A stretch of DNA of 64,000 bases from an uncultured Acidimicrobiaceae bacterium (GCA_963851245.1 CAWKOH010000012.1:103322-167321), one strand, 5' to 3'. Positions 36,703-46,792 are shown, counted from the stretch's first letter. Notes: generated by a model from the letters alone, not told the origin. Translations and numbers: made by a program.

Positions 36703-37599
36703 GTGGTCGGTCTACTACAGCTCGAGGGGCTGAGCCGCCGCTACGGGCCGGTAACGGCGCTGGACGACCTCTCCTTCGACGTTCCCGGCGGCCGCGTCGT
36801 CGGCTTCCTCGGACCGAATGGGGCGGGCAAGACCACCACCATGAGGGCGATCTTCGGCCTGACCGATCTGGACGCCGGCAAGGTCTACTGGAAGGGATCC
36901 GTGGTCGGTCAGGCTGAGCGCCGTCGTTTCGGCTACATGCCGGAGGAGAGGGGGCTGTACCCCGGCATGCAGGTCGGTGAACAGCTCGAGTACCTGGGCC
37001 GCCTCCACGGGATGAGCGAAACGGCCGCGGCTGAAGCCACTCGGTCCTGGTTGGAGCGACTCGACCTCGCCGACCGGATCGACAGCAAGGTCGAGACGCT
37101 TTCACACGGCAATCAGCAGCGGGTCCAGCTGGCCGCCGCGCTCATCCATCAGCCGGAGCTTCTCGTGCTGGACGAGCCCTTGGCCGGCCTGGACCCGGCC
37201 GGGATCGACGCTATCGGCGCGGTTCTGGTCGAGCAGGCCCGCTCGGGTTGCTGCGTCCTGTTCTCCAGCCATCAGTTGGACCTGGTGGAGGACCTCTGCG
37301 AGCTCGTCACGATCATCGACCACGGACGCCTGGTTGTCAGCGGATCCGTCGACGATCTGGCCGCCAGCGGTCCCCGACGGCTCGTCGTCCGGGTGGAGGG
37401 CGACCGCGACGGCCTGTGGGCCCGGGGCCTCCCCGGCGTGAAGGTGTCGGAGGTCGACGCCGGGGCGGCGCGTCTTGTCATCGACGAGTCGGTGGACAGC
37501 GAGTCAGTTTTGCGAGCGGCCATGGCCGCCGGCCGGGTCACCCAGTTCAGCTTCGAGCGACGCCGGCTGTCGGAGGTGTTCCGGGAGGCGCTGGGATGA
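36703..37599 (+). CDS. ABC transporter ATP-binding protein (ABC-2/NatA type)
   Basis: Walker A GPNGAGKTT, signature LSHGNQQRV, Walker B LLVLDEP. Confidence 0.9.
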   Translation: MVGLLQLEGLSRRYGPVTALDDLSFDVPGGRVVGFLGPNGAGKTTTMRAIFGLTDLDAGKVYWKGSVVGQAERRRFGYMPEERGLYPGMQVGEQLEYLGRLHGMSETAAAEATRSWLERLDLADRIDSKVETLSHGNQQRVQLAAALIHQPELLVLDEPLAGLDPAGIDAIGAVLVEQARSGCCVLFSSHQLDLVEDLCELVTIIDHGRLVVSGSVDDLAASGPRRLVVRVEGDRDGLWARGLPGVKVSEVDAGAARLVIDESVDSESVLRAAMAAGRVTQFSFERRRLSEVFREALG

Positions 37600-38909
37600 C
37601 CCGGGTGATCATCCTGGTCGTGGTCGCCATCTTCGTCGCCTGGCGCTTGTGGCGTCGAAGCCGTGGCGGCTCGTCCGGGCTGTCCGCGCTGACCGCCCGG
37701 ACGCGAGGGCTCTCGCAGCGGTTCGGAAACATCGCCGGCGACGCCGGGCTGGTCGCCAGGCGCGAGATACGCGAGCGCATCAGGGGCCGGGTCTTTCGTG
37801 TCGGTACCGCCCTCATCCTCCTGGCGGTCGCCGCAGCCATCGTGATCCCCGCCATCCGGGGCAGATCGACATCGTCACAATCGGTGTGTGTGGTGGGCGA
37901 TCTACCAGCGCAGTCCCGTCAGCTCATCATCGCCGCAGCCGGCCGTGTCGGCTCCACGGTGGAATTCGTGCCGGAGCCTTCCGTGGCCGAGGCCCAGGCC
38001 GCTGTGCAGGCCGGGCACCTGGACTTCTGCGTCATCGATGCCGGACAACTGCTCGTCAACAAAGCGATCGGAGCCACCGACACGTCCACCACGGCCAGCC
38101 TGGTCCGGGCCGTGTCGGTGGCCCTCGGTGCGCAGGCGGCCTACCAGGCGGCCGGCCTGTCGCCCGCCCAGGCCGAGCAGCTGGCGCAGGCCAAGCCGCT
38201 CCCGGTGGAGAGCCTTCACCCCGGCGCCAAGGCTGCCGGTCGCACCACATCGGTGATCGGGGTGATCCTGATCTTTATAATGTTGACGCAATACAACACC
38301 TGGATCCTGATGGGCGTGATGCAGGAGAAGTCGAGCCGGGTGGTCGAGGTTCTCCTGGCTGCTATCCGCCCGATTCAGCTCCTGTCCGGCAAGGTCCTCG
38401 GCATCGGCCTGGTCGCCATGGGCCAGGCGGCCCTGATCGTGGTCGTCGCGCTCGTTCTGGCCAAGGCGGTGGGGTCGGACCTCCTGCACGGGACCGCGCC
38501 ACTGGAGCTGGCGAGCGCGCTTTTGTGGCTCGTGCTCGGGTACGCCTTCTACTGCTGGGTCTACGCCGCCGCTGGATCCACTGCCGAGCGCCAGGACCAG
38601 GTCCAAACACTGGCCTTTCCTTTGAGCCTGCCGATCCTGTTCGGCTACATCACCGCCCTAACCGTGGCCGGGTCGGGCAACGTCAGCTTGCTGTTCAGGG
38701 TCCTCGCCTATCTCCCACCGACGGCGCCCTTCGCCATGCCCGTACTGGTCGGCCTCGGGAGGGTCACCTGGTGGCAGTTCGTGGCCTCCGTGGTGCTCAG
38801 CGTGATAGGCACGGTGCTCGTGGCCCGTTTCGCAACCCGGGTGTACCGGCGGGCCATTCTGCGGACCGGACGGCGGGTGCGGCTTCGGGAGGTCCTGTAC
38901 GGAAACTGA
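37596..38909 (+). CDS. ABC-2 type transporter permease (NatB-like)
   Basis: ATGA-coupled to the ATPase gene. It has an N-terminal TM, a large extracytoplasmic loop, then 5 C-terminal TMs. Confidence 0.78.
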   Translation: MTRVIILVVVAIFVAWRLWRRSRGGSSGLSALTARTRGLSQRFGNIAGDAGLVARREIRERIRGRVFRVGTALILLAVAAAIVIPAIRGRSTSSQSVCVVGDLPAQSRQLIIAAAGRVGSTVEFVPEPSVAEAQAAVQAGHLDFCVIDAGQLLVNKAIGATDTSTTASLVRAVSVALGAQAAYQAAGLSPAQAEQLAQAKPLPVESLHPGAKAAGRTTSVIGVILIFIMLTQYNTWILMGVMQEKSSRVVEVLLAAIRPIQLLSGKVLGIGLVAMGQAALIVVVALVLAKAVGSDLLHGTAPLELASALLWLVLGYAFYCWVYAAAGSTAERQDQVQTLAFPLSLPILFGYITALTVAGSGNVSLLFRVLAYLPPTAPFAMPVLVGLGRVTWWQFVASVVLSVIGTVLVARFATRVYRRAILRTGRRVRLREVLYGN

Positions 38910-38941
38910 CCGACCGGAGGTGTAGCGCTACCGCCGCTCCC

Positions 38942-39742
38942 TCATGGAGGCACCAAGCGGTGGAGGGCGATCGCCAGCGCCGTGGCCACATTGAGTGAAT
39001 CCGCGCCGGGCCCCATCGGGATCCGGACCCTATACGTCGCCTGCTCGCACGCAACTTCGCTCAGTCCCACGCCCTCGCTGCCGACCATGAGCGCCACTCT
39101 CAGGTTGGCGGGCACGGAATCTATGAGGTCGGTGGCGTGGGGATCAAGCGCCACCAGTGAGAATCCCGCCGAGGTGACATCGGAGAGGCCTTCCGGCCAC
39201 GGGCGCAGGCGGCTGAAGGGGACGCGCAGGACCTGACCGACCGACACGCGCACCGAGCGTCGGTAAAGAGGATCACAGCATGACGGGTCGAGGAGGACGG
39301 CTCCGGCGCCCAGCGCGGCCGCGTTCCGGAAAATCGCGCCCAGGTTCTCGTGGTCGTTGACCCCTTCGACTACCACCGCGGCGCCGGCGCTGGCTAGCAG
39401 CGTCCTCGGCTCGGGGAGGTCCTGCCGGGCGCCAAGAGCCAGCACGCCGCGGTGCACCGGAAAGCCCGCGATCCCGTCGAAGCAGTCCGGTTGCGCCACA
39501 TAGACCGGGACCCGGCGCTCCTCGGCCGCATCCACGACATCTCTGAGATCGGCGACGCGTTCGGGACGCAGGAGCACTGAGCGGAGGGGCCATGGGGAAG
39601 CGAGCAGGGTGCGGACGGTCCGGGCTCCCTCGACGACGAAAACGCCGTGGTCGGCTTCCAGTTGGCGCCGCACCGCGGCGTCGCGAAGATGGCGATAGGC
39701 CGCGATCCGGGGGTCCGCGGGATCGGAGATCTCGATCGGCAC
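38942..39742 (-). CDS. TrmH/SpoU family RNA 2'-O-methyltransferase
   Basis: Contains VVEGVNDHENLGAIFRNAAALG, ALMVGSEGVGLS and IPMGPGADSLNVATA. Confidence 0.88.
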   Translation of the reverse strand: MPIEISDPADPRIAAYRHLRDAAVRRQLEADHGVFVVEGARTVRTLLASPWPLRSVLLRPERVADLRDVVDAAEERRVPVYVAQPDCFDGIAGFPVHRGVLALGARQDLPEPRTLLASAGAAVVVEGVNDHENLGAIFRNAAALGAGAVLLDPSCCDPLYRRSVRVSVGQVLRVPFSRLRPWPEGLSDVTSAGFSLVALDPHATDLIDSVPANLRVALMVGSEGVGLSEVACEQATYRVRIPMGPGADSLNVATALAIALHRLVPP

Positions 39743-39819
39743 CGGTGAACGAATCAGGCGGCCGGCAGGCTGGGGGTAGCGGCACGGCCGCGTCGGATCA
39801 TGAGTACCAGTTCAACGAG

Positions 39820-40317
39820 TCATCTCGCTTCCTGCAAGTAATCAGTTCGGCTCCAGGATCGACTCGGCGCCGGGAGGGAAGGTGTCCCGCCCGCCCGCCC
39901 GTCTACGTCCGCGTCCAGAGCCTGCATTGCGTCCGTCACGGAAGCGAATATCGGGAACATCCTGTCGAGGCCGGTGAGGGCAAAGACCTTGCGGATGCTG
40001 GGGCGGCTGACGACCACGCCGAACGACCCGGGCCCGAATTGTCGGGCCGTCCCGATGAGGACATTCAACCCTGAGGAGTCCATGAAGCGGATTCCGCTGA
40101 GATCCACGATCAGTTGATCGGCTCCGCCGGCCACGGATGAGTCGACCATTCTCCGCATTTCGGCTGCATTGGCTATGTCGATCTCGCCATAGGCCTCGAT
40201 CACGCTGTAGCGACCGGTCGCGATAGCGCGCAACTTCAACTCGGTGCTCAACTCTTCGTTTCGATCCGGGCGCCTCGGCTCTGCACCGGACGGGATCCCT
40301 GAATGCCCATGGCTCAT
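39820..40317 (-). CDS. STAS domain protein (anti-sigma-factor antagonist-like)
   Basis: Contains YGEIDIANAAEMR...LIVDLSGIRFMDSSGLNVLI...FALTGLDRMFPIF. Confidence 0.85.
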   Translation of the reverse strand: MSHGHSGIPSGAEPRRPDRNEELSTELKLRAIATGRYSVIEAYGEIDIANAAEMRRMVDSSVAGGADQLIVDLSGIRFMDSSGLNVLIGTARQFGPGSFGVVVSRPSIRKVFALTGLDRMFPIFASVTDAMQALDADVDGRAGGTPSLPAPSRSWSRTDYLQEAR

Positions 40318-40394
40318 GGCAGGGAAGTGTGGACTACCAGCTTCCCCCTCGCTTCACCCGTTTGAGTGATTCTAGCCGGGGTAGTGACGAGGCC

Positions 40395-41099
40395 ATGACT
40401 GAGGCTCTGCCTGTCGATCACGCCGGAGATAGGGAGCACAATCCGGCTCTTCGACCGCTACGAGTGGCCATCGTCAACGACTACGAGGTGGTGGTGGCCG
40501 GCATCCAGGGGATGTTGTCGCCTTACTCGCGTCTGGTCTCCGTAGTCGAACTGGACGTCCAGGAGGACCCGGCCCAGGCCGTCGACGTCGCCCTGTTCGA
40601 CACCTATGGTCAGCCCGGCCTGGGCCTGGGCCGGGTGCGATCACTCGCCCTCAGCCATCACGTGGGAGCGGTTGCCGTGTACACCTGGAACATGACGCAA
40701 TCCGCGCTTCAGGCGGCCAGCGACGCCGGGGCCAGCGCCGTCATAGCCAAGAGCCTTCCGGCCCCGCAGCTGGTGGCGTCACTGCAGGCGGTGGCGGGCG
40801 GGGAGACCGTGGAGATGGGGCGGTTCCGTACCGCGAAAGACGGTTTCTGGCCGGGAGCCAAATGGGGCCTGAGCGCCCGGGAGAGCGAGACGCTGGCGCT
40901 GCTCGCCACCGGTATGCCCAACCGGGCGATCGCCGATGCCATGTTCGTCAGCGAGAACACCGTGCGCACCCACCTGAAGGCGATCTTCCGCAAGCTTGGT
41001 GTTTCTAACCGAAGCCAGGCGCTGGCCCGGGCGCTCTCCGATCCGACATTTGCCGTCCGCCACGGCGAAGGTGGAGCGGTCGTGTCCAGGGGCGCCTGA
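40395..41099 (+). CDS. LuxR/NarL-family response regulator
   Basis: Receiver-like N-domain (VAIVNDYEVV, DVALFDT, VYT, IAKS) plus the LuxR HTH LSARESETLALLATGMPNRAIADAMFVSENTVRTHLKAIFRKLGV. Confidence 0.82.
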   Translation: MTEALPVDHAGDREHNPALRPLRVAIVNDYEVVVAGIQGMLSPYSRLVSVVELDVQEDPAQAVDVALFDTYGQPGLGLGRVRSLALSHHVGAVAVYTWNMTQSALQAASDAGASAVIAKSLPAPQLVASLQAVAGGETVEMGRFRTAKDGFWPGAKWGLSARESETLALLATGMPNRAIADAMFVSENTVRTHLKAIFRKLGVSNRSQALARALSDPTFAVRHGEGGAVVSRGA

Positions 41100-41208
41100 G
41101 GCCCGGCTTTAACCGCACCCGGCCCCTCCCTAAGCCACACGGTACCTTCGCGAGCGTGCAGCGGGCGCCATGGACGGAATTGGGGCTTGTCCGGCCATCC
41201 TCTAGCAA

Positions 41209-41229
41209 GTAGGATACTGAGTATGCTAC
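41209..41229. promoter_or_regulatory. 21-bp palindrome GTAGGATACTGAGTATGCTAC (9/10 pairs), candidate PadR autoregulatory operator
   Basis: It ends 16 nt upstream of the padR ATG (41246). Confidence 0.45.
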
Positions 41230-41245
41230 CCGGGTTGATGGTCGG

Positions 41246-41827
41246 ATGAGCGTCCGCCACGCGCTTCTTGCCCTTTTGACCGAGGGGTCAAAGTACGGCC
41301 TCCAGCTGCGGCTCGAGTTCGAGCACAGGACCGGCGACGTGTGGCCCCTGAATGTGGGTCAGGTTTACACGACTCTCCAGCGCCTGGAGCGCGACGGCTT
41401 TGTCACATCCGACGATGGGGCAGACGAAGGCCCGCAGAAGGCGTTCCGGATCACGCCGGCTGGTGAAGACGAGCTGGCCCGCTGGCTGCGCACGCCACCT
41501 GATCTGTCTTCCCCGCCCCGGGACGAACTGGTCATCAAGGTGCTGGTCGCTATCCGGGCGCCCGGGGTAGACGTGCACGAGGTGATCCAGGTTCACCGGC
41601 GGCATCTGGTGGAGCTGATGCAGCAGTGGACCCGGCTCAAGGAATACGCGGCGGCGGAGGACGTCAGCTTCGCGCTGGCCGTGGACGCCGAGTTGTTCCG
41701 GCTGGACTCGGTCATCCGCTGGCTCGATTCGGCCGACGGACGTATCAGGCGGGCGCAGCTCGAACCTCCGGCTGCCGGTGCAAGCGGCCTACCAAAAACA
41801 CCGAGACGAGTGGGGGTGCGACGATGA
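41246..41827 (+). CDS. PadR family transcriptional regulator
   Basis: Begins ALLALLTEGSKYGLQLRLEFEHRTGDVWPLNVGQVYTTLQRLERDGFV. Confidence 0.9.
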   Translation: MSVRHALLALLTEGSKYGLQLRLEFEHRTGDVWPLNVGQVYTTLQRLERDGFVTSDDGADEGPQKAFRITPAGEDELARWLRTPPDLSSPPRDELVIKVLVAIRAPGVDVHEVIQVHRRHLVELMQQWTRLKEYAAAEDVSFALAVDAELFRLDSVIRWLDSADGRIRRAQLEPPAAGASGLPKTPRRVGVRR

Positions 41828-42546
41828 GCGCTCTGGAGATGCGAGAGGTGTCCAAGATCTACGGCGAGGGACCTACGGAGGTGCACGCCCTGCGCCGGGT
41901 GGACCTATCGGTCGAGCCGGGTGAGCTGGTGGCCGTCATGGGTCCGAGCGGATCCGGTAAGAGCACGCTGCTGACCATCGCCGGGAGCCTGGAGGAGCCA
42001 ACCTCCGGGTCGGTGCTCGTGGAGGGTCTGGAGCTCTCCGGTCTGACGCGGAACGCCCGGGCCCGCCTCCGACGCCAGTCGATCGGCTACGTGTTTCAGG
42101 ATTTCAACCTTCTGGCCGGCCTCACGGCTGCCGAGAACGTGTCGCTCCCGCTGGAGCTGGACGGGATGAAGGCGAAGACGGCCCAGGCCCTGGCCGTGAA
42201 GGCACTTGACGAGCTCGGCTTGGCCGACCGGTCGGCTCGCTTCCCGGACGAGCTCTCGGGTGGCGAGCGTCAGAGGGTGGCCATCGCCCGAGCGGTGGTG
42301 GGGGAGCGGCACCTCCTTCTGGCCGACGAGCCGTCCGGCGCCCTGGACTCGGCCAACGGGGAGGGCGTGATGCGGCTGATCCGGGCCGCTTGCCAACGTG
42401 GTGTGGGGGGCGTGGTGGTCACCCACGATGCCCAGTTGGCATCGTGGGCGGACCGGGTGGTCTTCCTCCGCGACGGGCGGGTGGTGGACCAGACTGCCCC
42501 GCCGGCCGGCCCCGAGACTCTGTTGACGCCTAGCAGGAACCCATGA
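41824..42546 (+). CDS. ABC transporter ATP-binding protein (MacB/LolD type)
   Basis: Contains GPSGSGKSTLL, LSGGERQRVAIARA and LLLADEPSGALD. ATGA-coupled to padR. Confidence 0.92.
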   Translation: MSALEMREVSKIYGEGPTEVHALRRVDLSVEPGELVAVMGPSGSGKSTLLTIAGSLEEPTSGSVLVEGLELSGLTRNARARLRRQSIGYVFQDFNLLAGLTAAENVSLPLELDGMKAKTAQALAVKALDELGLADRSARFPDELSGGERQRVAIARAVVGERHLLLADEPSGALDSANGEGVMRLIRAACQRGVGGVVVTHDAQLASWADRVVFLRDGRVVDQTAPPAGPETLLTPSRNP

Positions 42547-45077
42547 CCGCCGCTGTCCTCGACAGGCCGGTCGTCGAGGCGGCCGGCGATGGAGGAGCGC
42601 CCGCCCGGAGGGCGGTGGTTCGTTGGGCCTGGCGCCTGTTCCGGCGTGAGTGGTCCCGGCAGGCGCTGATACTGGTCCTTCTGACGCTGGCGGTGGCGGC
42701 CACGACCATGGGACTGGCCGTGGTATCGAACATCACTTCTTTGAAGGCCGATCCGAGCTTCGGTACTGCGAACACCGTCATCGGTCTTTCCAGCCCCGGT
42801 TCCCAGCTGCCGGCCGACCTGGCCTCGGTCCGGGCCCGGTTCGGCACTATCGATGTGGTCGAGCACCAGTCGGTCGCGGTGCCGGGTTCGGTGTCCAACG
42901 TGGACCTCCGGGCGGCCAACCCCAACGGGCCCTTCGTTCATGTGATGCTCCGCCTGGATTCAGGTCGCTTCCCAACCGGCCCGAACCAGGTCGCGGTCAC
43001 CAGTGGCGTAGCCAAGGACTTCGGCCTGCATGTCGGAAGTACCTGGCGGGAGAACGGGCGCACCTTCGCCGTGGTCGGCCTGGTCGAGAATCCCCTCAAC
43101 CTGCTGGATCAGTTCGCCCTGGTGGCGCCGGGACAAGCCAACCCACCGGCCAGCGTGTCGATTCTCGTCAATGCCAGTCAGAACAGCCTTCAGTCGTTCC
43201 GCCTACCTGGCGGGGTCGGGATGAACGTCAGCTCGCGGGGTACTGGCGGCAAAACAACGGCCGAGGTGCTGGTCCTGGTACTCGGAACAGTTGGACTGCT
43301 CTTCGTCGGCCTCCTCGCCGTGGCCGGTTTCAGTGTCATGGCTCAAAGACGCCTGCGCGCCCTTGGCATGTTGGGCTCCCTCGGGGCGACGGACCGCCAG
43401 GTGCGTCTGGTCATGCTGGCCAACGGTGCCGCCGTCGGGATCTCGGCCGCCCTCATCGGAACCGTGGTCGGTCTGGCCGGCTGGCTGGTTTTCGAGCCCG
43501 CCCTGCAATCGATCACTGAGCACCGCATAGACCGATTTGCCCTGCCGTGGTGGGGGGTCGGGGCGGCCATGGTCCTGGCGTTCGCCACCGCGGTGGCGGC
43601 GGCATGGTGGCCGGCCCGCGCTGTGGCCCGCATTCCGGTCGTGACCGCCCTATCCGGCCGACCGCCCCGTCCGCAACCGGCCCATCACTTCGCACTGCTG
43701 GGCGGTGCCCTGCTGGCATTCGGCTTGGTCCTTCTGGCCTTCGCCGACCAGCGCCGAAGTGGCTTCATCATCGGCGGGACCGTCGTGACCGTCCTGGGCG
43801 TGCTGTTCTTGGCCCCCCTGGCGATCAGGGCGCTTGCCGCCACCGCATCCCGCGTGCCCATTTCGATCCGTCTGGCTCTGCGGGACCTGGCCCGATATCA
43901 GGCTCGCTCAGGCGCAGCCCTGGGTGCCATCACGCTGGCCATCGGGATTGCCGCCACCATCGCCGTGGGCGCGGCCGCGGCCCAGACGCCGGCCGCGGTG
44001 AGCAACCTCCCCGCCAACCAGTTGATTCTTCACATGACACCGAATGGCAGCGGCACCCCGATACCTCCTGTCACAGCGGCCCAACAGCAGGCTCTCCAGG
44101 CCCGAATGAACCAGCTGGCCGCCGCGCTTCATGCTCAAGCACTGGTTTCTCTGTACGCGCCTATCGACTCCCAGTCCGGGACCCTGCCGCCCCAACAGGG
44201 GCCGGGCGGAGGGCCGGGCGGCTACCCACCGACCGTCCTCGGTCAGGTCACCCCGATACGCCAAGGCGAGAGCGTCTCCGCCATGAGGGACCTGTACGTC
44301 GCCACTCCCGCCACGCTGGCCTATTACGGGATCAGCCCCAGCCGGATCCAGGCAGGTACCGACGTCATCACTTCGCCGCCGGGGATCGGAACCCTCCAGA
44401 TCTTCGATCCCATCCTCGATGCGCCTCGCGGTCCCGACTCAGGGGGACGGGCGCAACAGAAGGATGCCGAGGCCAGCCGTCCGACCGTTCAGACCTTTGC
44501 GCAACTGCCGGCCTACACCTCGGCGCCTTCGGCCCTGATCACCTCCCACGCCATGCAGGTGCTCGGTCTCGAGGCCATCCCGGCCGGGTGGCTGGTCCAA
44601 ACCAACTCGGCGCTGACCACCGGACAGATCGACACGGCCCAGAAGGCGGCTGCCGCGGCCGGCCTCTACGTCGAGACTCAGTCCAAGCAGAAGTCGCTGG
44701 CTCCCCTCCGGAACTGGTCCACCGCGGCCGGCATCCTGGTGGCACTGGGCGTGCTGGGCATGACGGTCGGCTTGATCAGGAGCGAAGCTGCCAACGATCT
44801 GCGGACGTTGTCGGCCACCGGGGCCAGCAGCACGACCCGGAGGGCCCTGACCGGTGCCACTGCCGGCGCCCTGGCCTTGCTGGGAGGGCTCCTGGGGACA
44901 GCCGGCGCGTATGCCGCCCTGCTGGCCTGGCACCGCAGCGACCTCAGCCCGCTGAGCAATATCCCGGCTCTCGACCTGGTGGTGATCATGATCGGACTGC
45001 CTGTGATCGCGACCGTTGGCGGCTGGCTCCTGGCCGGCCGCGAACCGCCGGCTCTCTCCCGGCAGCCGCTCGAGTAG
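42543..45077 (+). CDS. ABC transporter permease with two FtsX domains (MacB-like)
   Basis: 844 aa. Two TM4 FtsX modules are each preceded by large extracytoplasmic domains. ATGA-coupled. Confidence 0.85.
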   Translation: MTAAVLDRPVVEAAGDGGAPARRAVVRWAWRLFRREWSRQALILVLLTLAVAATTMGLAVVSNITSLKADPSFGTANTVIGLSSPGSQLPADLASVRARFGTIDVVEHQSVAVPGSVSNVDLRAANPNGPFVHVMLRLDSGRFPTGPNQVAVTSGVAKDFGLHVGSTWRENGRTFAVVGLVENPLNLLDQFALVAPGQANPPASVSILVNASQNSLQSFRLPGGVGMNVSSRGTGGKTTAEVLVLVLGTVGLLFVGLLAVAGFSVMAQRRLRALGMLGSLGATDRQVRLVMLANGAAVGISAALIGTVVGLAGWLVFEPALQSITEHRIDRFALPWWGVGAAMVLAFATAVAAAWWPARAVARIPVVTALSGRPPRPQPAHHFALLGGALLAFGLVLLAFADQRRSGFIIGGTVVTVLGVLFLAPLAIRALAATASRVPISIRLALRDLARYQARSGAALGAITLAIGIAATIAVGAAAAQTPAAVSNLPANQLILHMTPNGSGTPIPPVTAAQQQALQARMNQLAAALHAQALVSLYAPIDSQSGTLPPQQGPGGGPGGYPPTVLGQVTPIRQGESVSAMRDLYVATPATLAYYGISPSRIQAGTDVITSPPGIGTLQIFDPILDAPRGPDSGGRAQQKDAEASRPTVQTFAQLPAYTSAPSALITSHAMQVLGLEAIPAGWLVQTNSALTTGQIDTAQKAAAAAGLYVETQSKQKSLAPLRNWSTAAGILVALGVLGMTVGLIRSEAANDLRTLSATGASSTTRRALTGATAGALALLGGLLGTAGAYAALLAWHRSDLSPLSNIPALDLVVIMIGLPVIATVGGWLLAGREPPALSRQPLE

Positions 45078-45199
45078 TCCCCTGGAACTCCCCGTTCGTA
45101 CCCATTTCGGGCGCCAGCAGGGGAGGCAAGGTAGGTTGTAGCGGACGGGTGTCGCTGGCGTGATCCGCAGGGGGACGGAATGACTCAGGTGCGAGGGCT

Positions 45200-45853
45200 G
45201 TGACGCTTGACCTGATCCTGATCGGTCTAGCCATATCCATCGACCCCCTCCCGCTGACGGCGTACCTGGTGCTGCTGCCTTCGCGGCGCGGCGTCGTCAA
45301 AGGGGCGGCCTTCCTCTTCGGTTGGCTGGTATCGCTGGCCATCGTCGTGTCCGTAACCGTTCTGGCCACCGGCAACAATCCGCCCAGGCCGCAGACTGCG
45401 CCTTCGGTGGCCGCCCTCGCCGTGAAGATCGCCATCGGAGTCGCCCTCGTGAACATCGCGGCGCGCCAGCGAAGGAAGATGGGCCAGCCCAAGAAGCCGA
45501 AGAAGACGCCCAAATGGCAGACCGGCGTGGACAACATGTCCCCCTGGTTCGCCATCGGGATCGCCCCCCTTGTGCAACCGTGGGGCCTGATCGCCGCCGG
45601 CGCCGCCACCGTGGTGCAGGCCAAGGTCTCCAGTTTCGAGAGCTTCCTGGCCCTCTTCTTCTTCTGCCTGGTCGCGACCTCGTCTTATCTGACTTTGGAG
45701 CTGTACGCCGGTTTCCGGCCCGAGCAGAGCCAGGCCTTCATGAGTCAGATCCGGAAGTGGATCGACACCCACACCGACCAGGCGATCATCATCGGATCCC
45801 TGGCGCTCGGTCTCTGGCTCATCGGCAACAGCATTTATTACATCGTGACCTGA
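45200..45853 (+). CDS. GAP/Sap-family membrane protein
   Basis: 217 aa with 6 predicted TMs and a central KK-rich loop (RQRRKMGQPKKPKKTPKW). The family call is from memory of similar actinobacterial proteins. Confidence 0.55.
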   Translation: MTLDLILIGLAISIDPLPLTAYLVLLPSRRGVVKGAAFLFGWLVSLAIVVSVTVLATGNNPPRPQTAPSVAALAVKIAIGVALVNIAARQRRKMGQPKKPKKTPKWQTGVDNMSPWFAIGIAPLVQPWGLIAAGAATVVQAKVSSFESFLALFFFCLVATSSYLTLELYAGFRPEQSQAFMSQIRKWIDTHTDQAIIIGSLALGLWLIGNSIYYIVT

Positions 45854-45892
45854 CGGCGCCGAGGCCAACCGGGTGAGCTAACGGACCGGCAA

Positions 45893-46774
45893 CTACGACT
45901 TCGCGGCCGCGGCTGGAACGGACTGGCGTGGCCGGCTCGGCACTTTGGCCTGCGGCTTCTGGCGGCCCCGCAGCCGGCCGAATAGTCCGGTGAAAGCGCC
46001 AATAGCAACGACAAGGTAGGTGACATAGACCATCAGCTGGCCGGCGGTGGGGCGGTCGGCGTAACCGAAGAACGAGTGAAATATGTCGCCTACGCTCCCG
46101 TCCTCCGACAGCCAGCGGGACGTGTCCCAAAGCGGCTGAGTCAGTACGGGCAGCCAGCCCAGCTCCTGAAGGTTCTCGACCGCGTCCACCAGGATGCCGG
46201 CCGCGAAGATCATCAGGAGGGCGCCGATGACCTTGAAGAAGAGGCTGAGGTTGATGCGCTTGCCGAGGTGATAGATGGCAAAGGCCACCATAAGGGAAAC
46301 GATCAGGCCGGCCACTCCACCGGCGATCACGCCGTGAGACGACGAAGCGAACACGATAGCCAGGGTGAAGACCATCGTCTCGAGGCCCTCTCGTCCCACC
46401 GCCTGAAAGGCCAGGATCTTCAGGCCCCAGCGGGCCTTCCCGTCCAGGGCGGCTTCGGTTCGGGCCTGCAGGTCGGCCGAGAGCGTGGGGGCGTGATTCC
46501 GCATCCAGAAGGTCATGTAGGTGAGCATCACGGCCGCCACCAGATAGGTGACAGTCTCGAAGATGGTCTGGGCCCGCGACCCGGCGTAGGACTTGATAGT
46601 GAGGTAGGCCGTGACCCCTCCGGCCGCCACCAGTACCAGGGCGGCGGCGACACCCACGAACACGTCCCGGAAGTGCCGGCGCTGCCCGAGACGGTCGAGC
46701 GAGGCCAGCAGGATGGCCACGATCATGCTCGCCTCGATCCCCTCCCGGAGGAAGATGACGAACGTCGCGACCAT
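45893..46774 (-). CDS. efeU: FTR1/EfeU family high-affinity iron permease
   Basis: Two REGxE motifs (FLREGIEAS and GREGLETMVF) in a 7-TM protein. Confidence 0.88.
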   Translation of the reverse strand: MVATFVIFLREGIEASMIVAILLASLDRLGQRRHFRDVFVGVAAALVLVAAGGVTAYLTIKSYAGSRAQTIFETVTYLVAAVMLTYMTFWMRNHAPTLSADLQARTEAALDGKARWGLKILAFQAVGREGLETMVFTLAIVFASSSHGVIAGGVAGLIVSLMVAFAIYHLGKRINLSLFFKVIGALLMIFAAGILVDAVENLQELGWLPVLTQPLWDTSRWLSEDGSVGDIFHSFFGYADRPTAGQLMVYVTYLVVAIGAFTGLFGRLRGRQKPQAKVPSRPRQSVPAAAAKS

Positions 46775-46792
46775 GTAGTTAGGTTAACCTAA
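46774..46792. promoter_or_regulatory. IdeR/DtxR-like iron box overlapping the efeU start codon
   Basis: TGTAGTTAGGTTAACCTAA matches the consensus TTAGGTTAGGCTAACCTAA at 15/19 positions. It contains the perfect 14-bp palindrome TTAGGTTAACCTAA. Confidence 0.55.
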
